The position numbers were made by a program, and so were the translations under genes. Shown here in pieces: positions 48,141 to 48,756 of a stretch of 48,756 nt of DNA. Each line of letters opens with the position of its first letter. Positions within the stretch are counted from its first letter, which is position 1. Under the pieces are notes generated by a model that saw only the letters and a list, made by a program, of their open reading frames with translations, did no database searches and was not told the origin of the DNA. Source of the stretch: Malacoraja senta (Eukaryota); NCBI GenBank assembly GCA_038087875.1, contig JAXLNO010005853.1, forward strand, positions 186,001 to 234,756. Reading direction: 5' to 3'.

Positions 48141-48756
48141 TAAACAGGTTGTTTTGATATCACTATAGATCTCCCTCCTGAACTGTGATTCAGCAATCCT
48201 GTTATTCATCCATACAGATGAGTGCTGAAGTTTGGTTGTGTTTAGGTTCATTGTTGCATCATCAGGTTCTTGAACCAAGACTGAGCACCAAACTATTGTG
48301 TACTTTGTATAAGGTTGCACTAATACTTCAAATGTTAATCAAATGCTTTTACCATGTATAACTGATATTGTATTATTGTTTGATGTAAAGTTATTATTAT
48401 GTTGCATCAATGTACCTGCAAAGTTGCAGCAATGAATAATTGTATTGTTCTAATCCCAGTGCATATGACTATTAAACACGCCTGACTGGAGTAATTTGGG
48501 GGATTGTGTGGAAAGAATGGGGGACTGGGACTGATGGATGTCAATGGACAGAGGGCTCTGGGGAATAGATGGATTTCACAAGTACTTGTGGAAAGTTTCT
48601 TTCCACCTGCTTATGATTCAAAAACCACAGGTTAGGGACTCGGAAAAGCAGTCAGACATTCAGGACAGAGGTCAAGAAATTCCCTACAAGAATGTTTGTG
48701 AACCTACTGAATTTTCCATCCCAGAGTTTAGTTTATTGTCACCTGTACCAAGGTAC

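Noticed and set aside
1-48756. CRISPR array, tRNA or rRNA genes
   Set aside because: No regularly spaced repeat-spacer array. The tRNA-like A/B boxes all belong to SINE heads.

Overview
This is vertebrate genomic DNA, most likely from a cartilaginous fish (skate or ray), inferred from the repeat content: V-SINE/HE1-like SINEs, CR1 LINEs with an esterase ORF1, Penelope-like elements and a DIRS1 element. One protein-coding gene can be assembled by hand on the minus strand (about 18019-45673). It is an Ig-superfamily type I receptor with three tandem V-set exons, a C2+TM exon and four phase-1 cytoplasmic exons carrying three ITIM or ITIM-like motifs. The ectodomain resembles Siglec-15, but the sialic-acid-binding Arg and the TM Lys are both absent. 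I did not find the leader exon. The rest is mostly transposable elements. These include a terminally intact but coding-defective DIRS1 retrotransposon (39976-44820) whose empty site can be reconstructed from a paralog inside the window, a near full-length CR1 (7372-12465), and about ten short hammerhead-ribozyme-motif retroposons, three of them with exact 14-bp target-site duplications. All alignments and counts were done by eye and no database searches were run.
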